The notes under the pieces are model-generated. The model was not told the origin of the DNA. It was given only the letters and a program-made list of their open reading frames with translations, and searched no databases. Position numbers and translations under genes: made by a program. This document shows, piece by piece, positions 10,495-20,021 of a DNA stretch of 64,000 bases (positions are counted from its first letter, which is position 1; the number at the start of each line of letters is the position of its first letter). The stretch is taken from the NCBI GenBank assembly GCA_963725885.1, contig CAVSAH010000003.1, forward strand, positions 23,158 through 87,157. Reading direction: 5' to 3'. Source of the stretch: an uncultured Chloroflexia bacterium (GTDB lineage Bacteria > Chloroflexota > Limnocylindria > QHBO01).

Positions 10495-12362
10495 TCAGTC
10501 GGTGAGGGCGCGGGTGAGGAACGTCGCCATCTGCGCGCGCGTCACGATGCCGTCGGGGCAGTAGCGCGTCGCCGAGCAGCCGGCGGTGATCCCGGCGGCG
10601 GCGATCCGATTGATCGCAGCCTCGTGGGTGCTGCCCTCGTCATCGGTGAAGTGATCGGTCGAGCTGTAGGGCAGATGGAATGCGCGGGACAGGAACGTCG
10701 CCATCTGCGCGCGCGTCACGAGGCCGTTGGGGCAGTAACGCGTTGCCGAGCACCCGACGGTGATGCCGGCAGCGCGAAGCCGGTTGATGTTTGGCTCGTG
10801 GGTGCTGCCCTCGTCATCGGTGAAGTAGTCGGTGCCGGTCGAGGGCAGGTTCAGCGCCCGAACCAGGAAGGTCGCCATCTGGCCTCGGGTGACCTGGCCG
10901 TCGGGGCAGTAGTGGAAGCTGCCGCAGCCGCTGGTGATGCCCTGCTCGGCGATCCACACGATCGACTTCCAGTGGATCGAGTCGTCGATGTCGGTGAACG
11001 GCAGCGCCAGCATGTTGCGACCAAGCGTGTCCCACAGCTCGGTGCGCCCGGCGTCCATGAGCAGGTGCCAGATGCCGACGCCACGCAGCCCTTCGGTGTT
11101 GACGAGGTCGAACTTCACGTCGAGAGACTGGGCGTCCTCGTAGTAGCCCTGCACCCAGGTGTCGTAGGTGGTGCTCTGGTAGCGATACCACGCGACCTGC
11201 CCGGTGGCGTCCCACCGGCGGCCGTGCGTCGCCGCCGACGATCGGGCGTCGAGATAGCGCTGTGCCCAGCTGCGCCCGAAGGCCCCCGCCGCCGCGTCCC
11301 CGTCCGGGCAGACCGATGCGGACTTGCAGGTCAACGAGTTCATCGCCGAGGACTGGGTCGTCCAGGCGCGACCGTAGTAGGGAACGCCCCAGATGAGCTT
11401 GCTCGCCGGGACGACCTCGAGGTAGTCGGCCATGGCCGTGTCGACGTCGAGCGCGTACGGGCTCACGACCGGAGCCACCCCTCCCGCCCGCGATGAGCCA
11501 CCCCAGTTGTAGTCGTAGCCCATGGCCATGATCGCGTCCGCGGCACCAGGAGCCACCAGACCGGCGAGGTCGTACCCCTCGTCCCAGGTCGCGGCGCCGC
11601 CAGTGGTGGCCACCGTGAGCTGCCGGCTGCCGAGGGCGGTCCTCACGTCACGCACGAACGCCGTGTAGGCCGACTGGAGCGAGTTGGGCATCGGCTCGAA
11701 GTCCAGGTTCACGCCATCGGCGTTGCGCGCGGTGATGGTCGCGGCGATGTCCGCCGCAAGCTGGGTGCGCCGGGAGGCATTCGTCAGGAGCGCCGTCATC
11801 GGCGCGTAGTCGCCATCCCAGGCCATCATCGTGACGGCAAGGACGACCTTGACGCCCTCCGCGTGCGCGGCATTGATGACGTCCGTCATGTGCGTCGAGG
11901 TCCAGCCGTTCCAGTAGGTGCCGCTCTTCTGCAGCGCGCCGCTCGAGAGTGCCGGCACGCCGAAGTAGGCGATCGTCGAGACCAGGTCGTAGCGGAGCGA
12001 CGGCAGCAGCTCCGTCGTGAGCGCCCAGTACGGCAGGTAGCCCATCACCTCGCCCCCGAGCCCGTTCGGAAGCCCGCCGGTCGCGGCAACGGCGCCGCCC
12101 GCCGCGTCGGGAGCGACCCGCTCGAGAGGAGCCGGCATCACGCCGGCGCGGAAGCTCCGGGGCGACGCGACGATGCCGGCCTCGGCCTCCGCGAGCATCT
12201 CGGCATGGATCGTCGGCGGGCTCACGACCGCATCGGCCGCGTCCGCTCCTCGGGGGCAGCCACCGGATCGGCGGCGGTCACCGGGACGGTGGGGAGCACG
12301 AGCGAGCGCAGCAGAGCGAGCGCCAGCAGCGCCGTGCCCGCGCGCCGGAAGGGATGGTGCAT
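10495..12362 (-). CDS. Secreted GH18 glycoside hydrolase + 3 SLH domains; probable frameshift in the N-terminal region (~12240-12300)
   Basis: EVMGYLPYW, ADGVNLDFE, MGYDY, LIWGVPYYG, LRGVGIW; signal peptide MHHPFRRAGTALLALALL from ATG 12362 lies in another frame. Confidence 0.85.
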
Positions 12363-12395
12363 GAGGACGGTCCTAGGGTACCCGGTCACGGGCCG

Positions 12396-12415
12396 AGGCG
12401 GGATCGCGCCCGCCT
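12396..12415 (-). terminator. Hairpin directly after the SLH-protease stop (terminator-like, no U-tract)
   Basis: AGGCGGG-ATCGCG-CCCGCCT, 7-bp stem. Confidence 0.45.
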
Positions 12416-13849
12416 TCAGTCGAGGGCCCGGTGCAGGAAGGCGGCCATCTGGCCGCGCGTCACGAGGCCGTCGGGGCAGTATCGGTTCGAGCCGCAGCCC
12501 GAGGTGATCTCGGCCTCCGCGAAGCGGTTGATGTTGGGCTCGTGGGTGTTGCCGTCGTCATCGGAGAAGTGGTCGGTGCTGGTCCAGCCGAGGTCCAGCG
12601 CCTTGGTGAGGAAGGTCGCCATCTGCGCTCGCGTGACGAGCCCGTCCGGGCAGAAGCGGCCGTCATCGCAGCCCGACGTGATCCCGGCCCGAGCCAGCGC
12701 GTTGATGTTGGCCTCGTGCTTGTTCGCGTTGTCGTCGCCGAAGTAGTCCGTCCCCGTGGCGGGCAGATCGAACGCGCGCACCAGGAACGTGGCCATCTGC
12801 CCACGCGTCACGGTGCCGTTCGGGCAGAACTTCGTGCCGCCGCAGCCCGCCGTGATGCCCTGCTCCTCCAGCCAGACGATGTCGGCGAAGAACTTCGAGC
12901 CGACGAGGTCGCTGAAGGGCGGCGGGTCCGGCGGCGTGTACGACGTCATGGCCCCGCTGGGCGTCATGGACGGGTTGCCGGCAAATGCGTGGAAGTAGTC
13001 GGGCCGGTCGCCGGGGCCATCGGTCTTCTGGATCCAGATCTGGCGGCCGCCGCCGAAGTGGGGATGGAGGTGGACCCGCAGCGCGGCCGGATCGTACCCA
13101 TTGCTCATCTCGAACAGCTGCCCGAATGCAGTCCCGGGATTGCGCAGGAGAAGATCGACCAGCTTCCACGAGCCCAGATCGGATGCGAAGTAGGCGCGGC
13201 CGCCCAATGCGAACACCGGGCGCGAGTAGCTTGCGACCCGGGTCAGCGCCTGAGCCTCCGTCGCCGGTTCGTCGAAGCCCTCGCTGGCACCCGGGGTATA
13301 GCAGGCATTCGAGTAGACCATGATGAAGCCGGGGGCCGGCGAGATGCCGTCATTGGCGGTGCCGCCGCAGTAGGTCTTGCGCCAGGTGTCATCTGCCGAG
13401 GTGAGCTGGCCGCGGAGCGCCTTCTCCCCGCAATACACCATGTCCTCGTTGATGGTGTCCCCGTCGCCGTCGTCCTCGCGCATGTTGAGGCCCCAGCCAT
13501 TGACGCGGTCCGTGTACTCGAAGCCGGTGCTGTACGGGTTCGGGTAGCCGTTGCCGTGTCCGACATAGACGATGACGTTGGCCCCGTCGACCGCCTCCTT
13601 GACGTTGTCCCAGGTCGCGTTCGGCGAGTACACCTTCACGACCTCGGCGCCGGCTGCCTCAGCGGTCTCCGCGATGCGATCGCCCTTCTCCCGGTAGTTG
13701 TCCGTCTGCGCGCCGACCGGCCCGACGATGATGACCACCTTCTGGCCGGCTGCCGCTGCCGGCGACGCGGGGGAGACCGGAGCCAATCCGAGGACCAGCG
13801 CGGCGACGAGGGAGATGGTCGAGACGGCGGTGCGGGGGCGAAACGGCAA
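12416..13849 (-). CDS. Secreted protein: uncharacterised N-terminal domain (clan-CD-like His/Cys protease candidate) + 3 SLH domains
   Basis: TTG 13849 with GAGGAG SD 6 nt upstream; signal peptide ...ASPAAAA; VIVYVGHG and MVYSNAC motifs; three SLH repeats; 477 aa. Confidence 0.8.
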   Translation of the reverse strand: MPFRPRTAVSTISLVAALVLGLAPVSPASPAAAAGQKVVIIVGPVGAQTDNYREKGDRIAETAEAAGAEVVKVYSPNATWDNVKEAVDGANVIVYVGHGNGYPNPYSTGFEYTDRVNGWGLNMREDDGDGDTINEDMVYCGEKALRGQLTSADDTWRKTYCGGTANDGISPAPGFIMVYSNACYTPGASEGFDEPATEAQALTRVASYSRPVFALGGRAYFASDLGSWKLVDLLLRNPGTAFGQLFEMSNGYDPAALRVHLHPHFGGGRQIWIQKTDGPGDRPDYFHAFAGNPSMTPSGAMTSYTPPDPPPFSDLVGSKFFADIVWLEEQGITAGCGGTKFCPNGTVTRGQMATFLVRAFDLPATGTDYFGDDNANKHEANINALARAGITSGCDDGRFCPDGLVTRAQMATFLTKALDLGWTSTDHFSDDDGNTHEPNINRFAEAEITSGCGSNRYCPDGLVTRGQMAAFLHRALD

Positions 13850-13974
13850 TGCGGGCTCCTCAGGACGGGACTGTGGCTGCCTCCACCGTAGGCGGGTGGG
13901 CCGTTCACGGCCATGGCGCGATGGTCCGCCTGCTCGCCGGACCGATGCGGCCATGTGCCGCCCGGCACCGCGTA

Positions 13975-14826
13975 TCAGCCCTGGGTGAACTCGAGCACGA
14001 TGAGGAGGCGCTCGGCGTCCGGGTCGAACGCCGGTCGCACAAAGGCAGTGCGCGTCAATGCGTTGGCGTCGTCCTCCACCGCCTGCACGGTACCGATCAG
14101 CAGGCCTCCGGGGTAGCGCGCGGGCTCGTCGCCGAGTCCGATGCCGGCGCTGACGACCGTGTCGCCCTCGGCGACCGCGTCGGTGACCGGGATGCTGCCC
14201 ATGACCAGCTGGCCGCCGGCCTGGCCCCTGACCTCGCCGAGGGCCCGACTCGACTGGACGAGGCCGATGACCACCGAACGCGTGTCGATGATAAACCGGA
14301 CCCGGGCCGTGTCCCCTGTGACGTCGATCACGGTGCCGGCGAGCGCACCCGCCCCGTCGGCGTTCGCCACGACCGGCATGCCCTCTCGCACCCCGTCGTC
14401 GGCCCCGGCGTCGATGCCCACCTCCCACGCGAAGTTCGACGGGTCCCGGCTGATGACGCGGACCGGAAGGGTCGTCATGTCGAGGGCGCGGGTGATGCCC
14501 AGGAGCTCGCGGAGCTCCTCGTTCTCGCGCGCGGCCTCGGCGAGCTCCGCGATACGCTGCTCGGCTCCCGCCAGCGCGACCCGCAGCTCGGCGTTCTCGC
14601 TCCGGAGCCGGTCGATCTCTCCGATCGTGCCGAAGACCCCGGCGACCCCCGTGCCGATGCCGGTCAGGACCACGCGCACCGGGTCGAGTGCGCGGGTCGT
14701 GATCCGCTGGATGGTGATCGCCGGATCCGTGGAGCTGGCGAGCAGCATGAGGAGGCTGGCGATCGTGAACCCGGCGAACCAGAGGCCCGCGCGGTTGCGG
14801 CGATGCGGGCCGGGCGGGCCGTACAT
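13975..14826 (-). CDS. mreC: Rod shape-determining protein MreC
   Basis: N-terminal TM, coiled coil LRSENAELR...ENEELRELL, IDAGADDGVREGMPV, GDTVVSAG, YPGGLLIGTV; follows mreB. Confidence 0.92.
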   Translation of the reverse strand: MYGPPGPHRRNRAGLWFAGFTIASLLMLLASSTDPAITIQRITTRALDPVRVVLTGIGTGVAGVFGTIGEIDRLRSENAELRVALAGAEQRIAELAEAARENEELRELLGITRALDMTTLPVRVISRDPSNFAWEVGIDAGADDGVREGMPVVANADGAGALAGTVIDVTGDTARVRFIIDTRSVVIGLVQSSRALGEVRGQAGGQLVMGSIPVTDAVAEGDTVVSAGIGLGDEPARYPGGLLIGTVQAVEDDANALTRTAFVRPAFDPDAERLLIVLEFTQG

Positions 14827-14845
14827 TCGGCGGCGCCTATCGGCG

Positions 14846-14871
14846 CGATCGTATATACGTATATACGATCG
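14846..14871. promoter_or_regulatory. Perfect 26-bp AT-rich palindrome in the mreB-mreC spacer
   Basis: CGATCGTATATACGTATATACGATCG equals its own reverse complement; function is inferred, not shown. Confidence 0.6.
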
Positions 14872-14889
14872 GTCTTCCCAGCGACGCCA

Positions 14890-15948
<1,059 letters not shown>

Positions 15949-16200
15949 GGTCCCTCTCGTGGTGTCGCTCTGATCGCCGGCCCGGGCACGATTGGAGGCG
16001 AATGCCGTCGATGGACACTGCGCCGTGCGTCCGGGCACATCCGAACGCGGCGCTACCCTACCACGCTGCCTCGCGGGGGCGACCTGCCCCCGGCTTCCAC
16101 GGCCGCGTCCGGACAAGCCGACTCCCGGTTCGGCACCGGGAATGCTAACGTGATCGATCGTGTTGCCACCCGTCGTGCCCCGCGTGGCCCCCAGCGAGTA

Positions 16201-18033
16201 ATGGCGAGGGTGTCCTGGCGAGCAATCGTCGGGCTCTTCATGGTCGCGCTCGTCCTCGGCGTCGGCGTCGCCGTGGCAGCGGCCCGGCTCTGGCCGGCTC
16301 AGTCGTGCCCGCCGGCGGCGGAGCACCCCGAGTGGAGCGTGGCGCGTCGATGGGACGAGGCGATGCTCGGCGCAATCCGCCGCACGGTGCCCAAGCCGAC
16401 GGTGCACGCTCGGAATCTCTATCACGTGTCGGCCGCCATGTGGGACGCGTGGGCGGCTTACGACCCCACGGCCGCGGGAGTCTTCGTCACGGAGAAGCAT
16501 CCCGCGCCGGACCTGGGCGAGGCGCGTGGAGAGGCCATGAGCTACGCGGCGTACCGGGTGCTCGTGGCGCGTTACGGGGATGCCGTGGGCGGCGAAGAGT
16601 CGCTCGCCGCCTTCGCCGCCGTCATGGACACGCTCTGCTATTCGATCGACGAGACGACGACACGTGGCGCCGCCCCGGCGGCCCTGGGCAACCGGATCGC
16701 GGAGACGATCCTCGCCACAACGGTCGACGATGGCTCGAACGAGGCGAACGGGTACGCGCCCGTCGACTATCAACCGGTCAACGATCCGCTGATCGTGAGC
16801 TCTTCCGAGATCACGATGATCGATCCGGACCACTGGCAACCGCTCCTGATCGATGGGGCCGAGGGACCGCAGGAAGTGGTCGGTCCCCATTGGGGTCACG
16901 TCACCCCGTTCGCCATCTCTGCGGGGGAAGTCGATGGACTGCCAATCGATCTCGGGCCGCCGCCGCTCTTTGGTTCCGACGAGTACCGAGAGCAGGCAGT
17001 GCAGCTCATCCGTCTCAGCAGCCAGCTCGACCCGGCCGATCCTGCGACGATCGACATCTCACCTGCGGCCATCGGCGACAGCGCGCTCGGCAGCGACGAT
17101 GGCGACGGCCATGGAGTGAACCCGGCGACTGGCGACGCCTACGAGCCCATCGTCGTCCCCCTAGGCGACTTTGGCCGGGTGATGGCCGAGTTCTGGGCCG
17201 ACGGGCCGAACTCCGAGACGCCGCCAGGGCACTGGAACGTTATCGCGAACCGGGTGGGTGATGAGCTCGGGCAGGACCTGCGCATCGGCGGGAACGGACC
17301 CGCCGTCGAGCGCCTCGAGTGGGACATCAAGCTCTACCTCGCCCTCAACGGGGCGGTCCACGACGCGGCCATCGCCGCCTGGGGCCAGAAGGGCCACTAC
17401 GATTCGGTGCGACCGATCTCGATGATCCGGTACATGGGCAGCCTCGGCCAGTCTTCCGATCCGGAGGCACCGTCGTACAACGCCGATGGCCTGCCACTCG
17501 TCGAGGGATTGATCGAGATCGTCACGCCCGCGACGACGGCGGCAGGGGCTCGCCACGAGGACCTGGCCGGCCACGAGGGCGAGATCGCCATACGCGCCTG
17601 GGCGGGCGGTCCGGCCGACCCGAGGAACGACGTCGGCGGAGTCACCTGGATCCGCGCCGCCGAGTGGATCCCGTACCAGCTGCCCTCGTTCGTGACGCCG
17701 GCGTTCCCCGGCTACGTCTCGGGCCACAGCACGTTCAGCCGAGCGGCGGCCGAGGTGCTGACCCGGATGACCGGCAGCGCGTTCTTCCCCGGCGGCGAGA
17801 GTGGGTTCACGATCGAGCCGGGATGGCTGAAGTTCGAGTCCGGCCCGTCCACTCCAATCGAGCTGACGTGGGCGACCTACTACGATGCATCCGACCAGGC
17901 CGGCCAGTCCCGGCTGTGGGGCGGGATTCACATCGTCGCCGACGACTACAACGGGCGGCACACCGGCGCCGCCTGCGGCCAGGCCGCTTGGACCCGGGCC
18001 GCTGCGCTGTTCGAGGGCGCGGCCTCGCCGTAG
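16201..18033 (+). CDS. Vanadium-dependent haloperoxidase / PAP2-superfamily protein with N-terminal anchor or signal
   Basis: K-x6-RP (KGHYDSVRP), PGYVSGHS, SRLWGGIH; N-terminal SVARRWDEAML...PTVHARNL; 610 aa. Confidence 0.85.
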   Translation: MARVSWRAIVGLFMVALVLGVGVAVAAARLWPAQSCPPAAEHPEWSVARRWDEAMLGAIRRTVPKPTVHARNLYHVSAAMWDAWAAYDPTAAGVFVTEKHPAPDLGEARGEAMSYAAYRVLVARYGDAVGGEESLAAFAAVMDTLCYSIDETTTRGAAPAALGNRIAETILATTVDDGSNEANGYAPVDYQPVNDPLIVSSSEITMIDPDHWQPLLIDGAEGPQEVVGPHWGHVTPFAISAGEVDGLPIDLGPPPLFGSDEYREQAVQLIRLSSQLDPADPATIDISPAAIGDSALGSDDGDGHGVNPATGDAYEPIVVPLGDFGRVMAEFWADGPNSETPPGHWNVIANRVGDELGQDLRIGGNGPAVERLEWDIKLYLALNGAVHDAAIAAWGQKGHYDSVRPISMIRYMGSLGQSSDPEAPSYNADGLPLVEGLIEIVTPATTAAGARHEDLAGHEGEIAIRAWAGGPADPRNDVGGVTWIRAAEWIPYQLPSFVTPAFPGYVSGHSTFSRAAAEVLTRMTGSAFFPGGESGFTIEPGWLKFESGPSTPIELTWATYYDASDQAGQSRLWGGIHIVADDYNGRHTGAACGQAAWTRAAALFEGAASP

Positions 18034-18197
18034 GCCCGACGAGCCGGGCGGGCACTCGCGCTGCGCGGGTGATCCGGACCGTCGCGTCGGATCATGAGAT
18101 TGCCCGTACCATGCCGCCCGGCGGGCCACGGCTCGTGACTGTCGCTGCGCGCCGATGCCCTTCCCTAGCCCCGCCCGGCGATGTACCGTCACGGTTG

Positions 18198-19349
18198 ATG
18201 TCAGGCCCCGAGACAGGCGAGGCGCCGGCCGCGCAGGACGCATCGGATGGTGGCGGCTCGAGCTGGGTGAGGCCGGTCGCCTCGTGGATCCTCGCGGTGC
18301 TCGCGTCCGTGGCGATCGCGGCGGCGGTCCTGACGGTGTGGGTCCACGAGACGGTCCTCGATACCGAGAGGTTCGTCTCCGCGGTCGAGCCGGCCCTGGA
18401 GAGCGCGGCCGTGCAGGACGCGATGAGTGCGTATCTCGCCGACCAGGTCATGACCGCGCTCGACGTGGAGAACCGCGTCGATGCTATCGTCACCGGCGCC
18501 GGCGACGCCCTCGCCGACGCTCTCGCCGACGCTCTCGGGCTGACCACCGCCCAGCGTGCCCTGCTGAATCGCGTCGACCTCGGCCTCGGGGACCTGGGAG
18601 CGCCGATCGCCGCGGGCCTCGAGTCGCGGATCACCGAGCGCATACACGCCTTCGTCAGCAACCCTGAATTCACCGATATCCTGCTCGAGGTCGTCACGGT
18701 GGCTCACGAGCGGACCGTTGCCCTCCTGCGCGATGAGCTGGACCAGCTCCCGAATATCGTGATCAGCGAGGGCGAGGTGCGCCTGAACCTCGTTCCGATC
18801 GTGGCGTCGGCCATTCGCAGCCTCATCGACGGGGGCGACGATGTCGGCATCGACGGCGATGTCCCGGAGGTCTCGGCTGACGAGGAGCCGGGGGCGGCTG
18901 TGACCCGGCTGGGTGAGGCCCTCGAGGCGAGGCTCCCGGCGGACTTCGCGCAGGTGCCGATCATGTCGACCGATCGGCTCGAGCAGCTCCAGGATCTGCT
19001 GCGGACATTGGACCGGCTCGTGTGGGCGATCGTCCTCGTCGCGATCGGCCTCGCGATCGCGGCGATCGCAACCGCGCCCTCGATCGGCCGGGGGTTCGTC
19101 CGGGTCAGCGCCGGTGGCGCGATCGGGCTCGTACTGGGGCTCCTGGGGATTCAGGCGCTCGCCGGATGGCTCACCGACGCCGTGCAGGGCGGGACCGCCG
19201 CCGCCACGGTCGAGGCGGTGACGTCGTCGCTGGTGACCAACCTCCAGCCGCTCGTCATCCTGCTCGCAATAGGCGGCTTCGGCGCCGCCGTTGCCGCCCA
19301 CCTGGCGCAGAGCCGCTCGGGATCGGCGCCAGAGGCCGGCGAGGGGTGA
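18198..19349 (+). CDS. Uncharacterised membrane protein (1 N-terminal TM, large soluble region, about 3 C-terminal TMs)
   Basis: 383 aa ORF from ATG 18198 with GC3-rich codons and hydrophobic segments. Confidence 0.75.
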   Translation: MSGPETGEAPAAQDASDGGGSSWVRPVASWILAVLASVAIAAAVLTVWVHETVLDTERFVSAVEPALESAAVQDAMSAYLADQVMTALDVENRVDAIVTGAGDALADALADALGLTTAQRALLNRVDLGLGDLGAPIAAGLESRITERIHAFVSNPEFTDILLEVVTVAHERTVALLRDELDQLPNIVISEGEVRLNLVPIVASAIRSLIDGGDDVGIDGDVPEVSADEEPGAAVTRLGEALEARLPADFAQVPIMSTDRLEQLQDLLRTLDRLVWAIVLVAIGLAIAAIATAPSIGRGFVRVSAGGAIGLVLGLLGIQALAGWLTDAVQGGTAAATVEAVTSSLVTNLQPLVILLAIGGFGAAVAAHLAQSRSGSAPEAGEG

Positions 19350-20002
19350 TGTCCGACCTCACGGCGCTCTTCCTGACGGCGGTCGTCTTCGGCGCGATCG
19401 GGATGGTGTCGGCCTCCAGGTTCGCCCTCTCGGCGCTCATGCTCACCGACAAGGAAGCGGCCTGGGCTCGGGCACTCGGCTTCGCGGTGGGCACGACGCT
19501 CGTGTTCGCCATCGCCACGCTCCTCGGCCTCCTGGGTGTCGAAATTCCCGGAGCCGGCAGCCCGAATCCGACGATCAATCTCGTCCTGGGCATCACCATG
19601 GTCATCGCCGCGGGCGCCATGCTCGTCATGCGCCACCGCCGCCCGGCCGACAAGCCTGCGGGCCCGTCGCGCCATCCGACGCTGGAGAGCGCGGGTTTGG
19701 GGGCCGGCGTTGCCCTTCAATCCGTCGGCCGGCTGCTGATCCTCGCCGGCGCCGGCTACCGGATCGGCACGCTGGCCAGGACCCCGACGGAGGCGATAGG
19801 CACGATCGCCCTGATGCTCTTCATCTGGCAGGTGCCGGTGTGGGCCCCCATGGCGCTGTACGTCTTCAAGCGGGATCGCTTCGACGCGCTGGCCGAGCGC
19901 GCCAGGCCCGCGCTCGATCGGATCGAGGGTGGCATCTTCGGTGCGATCATCGTCGCCGCGGTGGGGATCTTCTTCATCTTCCTCGGGCTCACCGGGTTCT
20001 GA
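19349..20002 (+). CDS. Polytopic membrane protein, possibly GAP/SfLAP (LysE-superfamily-like)
   Basis: TGATG overlap with upstream stop; about 6 TMs; WARALGFAVG segment recalls GAP family (weak). Confidence 0.55.
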   Translation: MSDLTALFLTAVVFGAIGMVSASRFALSALMLTDKEAAWARALGFAVGTTLVFAIATLLGLLGVEIPGAGSPNPTINLVLGITMVIAAGAMLVMRHRRPADKPAGPSRHPTLESAGLGAGVALQSVGRLLILAGAGYRIGTLARTPTEAIGTIALMLFIWQVPVWAPMALYVFKRDRFDALAERARPALDRIEGGIFGAIIVAAVGIFFIFLGLTGF

Positions 20003-20021
20003 GCCCTGCGCGCCGGGCTCA
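20000..20021. terminator. Hairpin spanning both convergent stop codons
   Basis: TGAGCCC-TGCGCGCC-GGGCTCA; its ends are the two TGA stops. Confidence 0.45.

Noticed and set aside
5404-12920. Regularly spaced ~175-nt DNA repeats as a CRISPR array or mobile repeat
   Set aside because: They are degenerate, in frame and encode SLH domains; no identical repeats with unique spacers and no cas genes.
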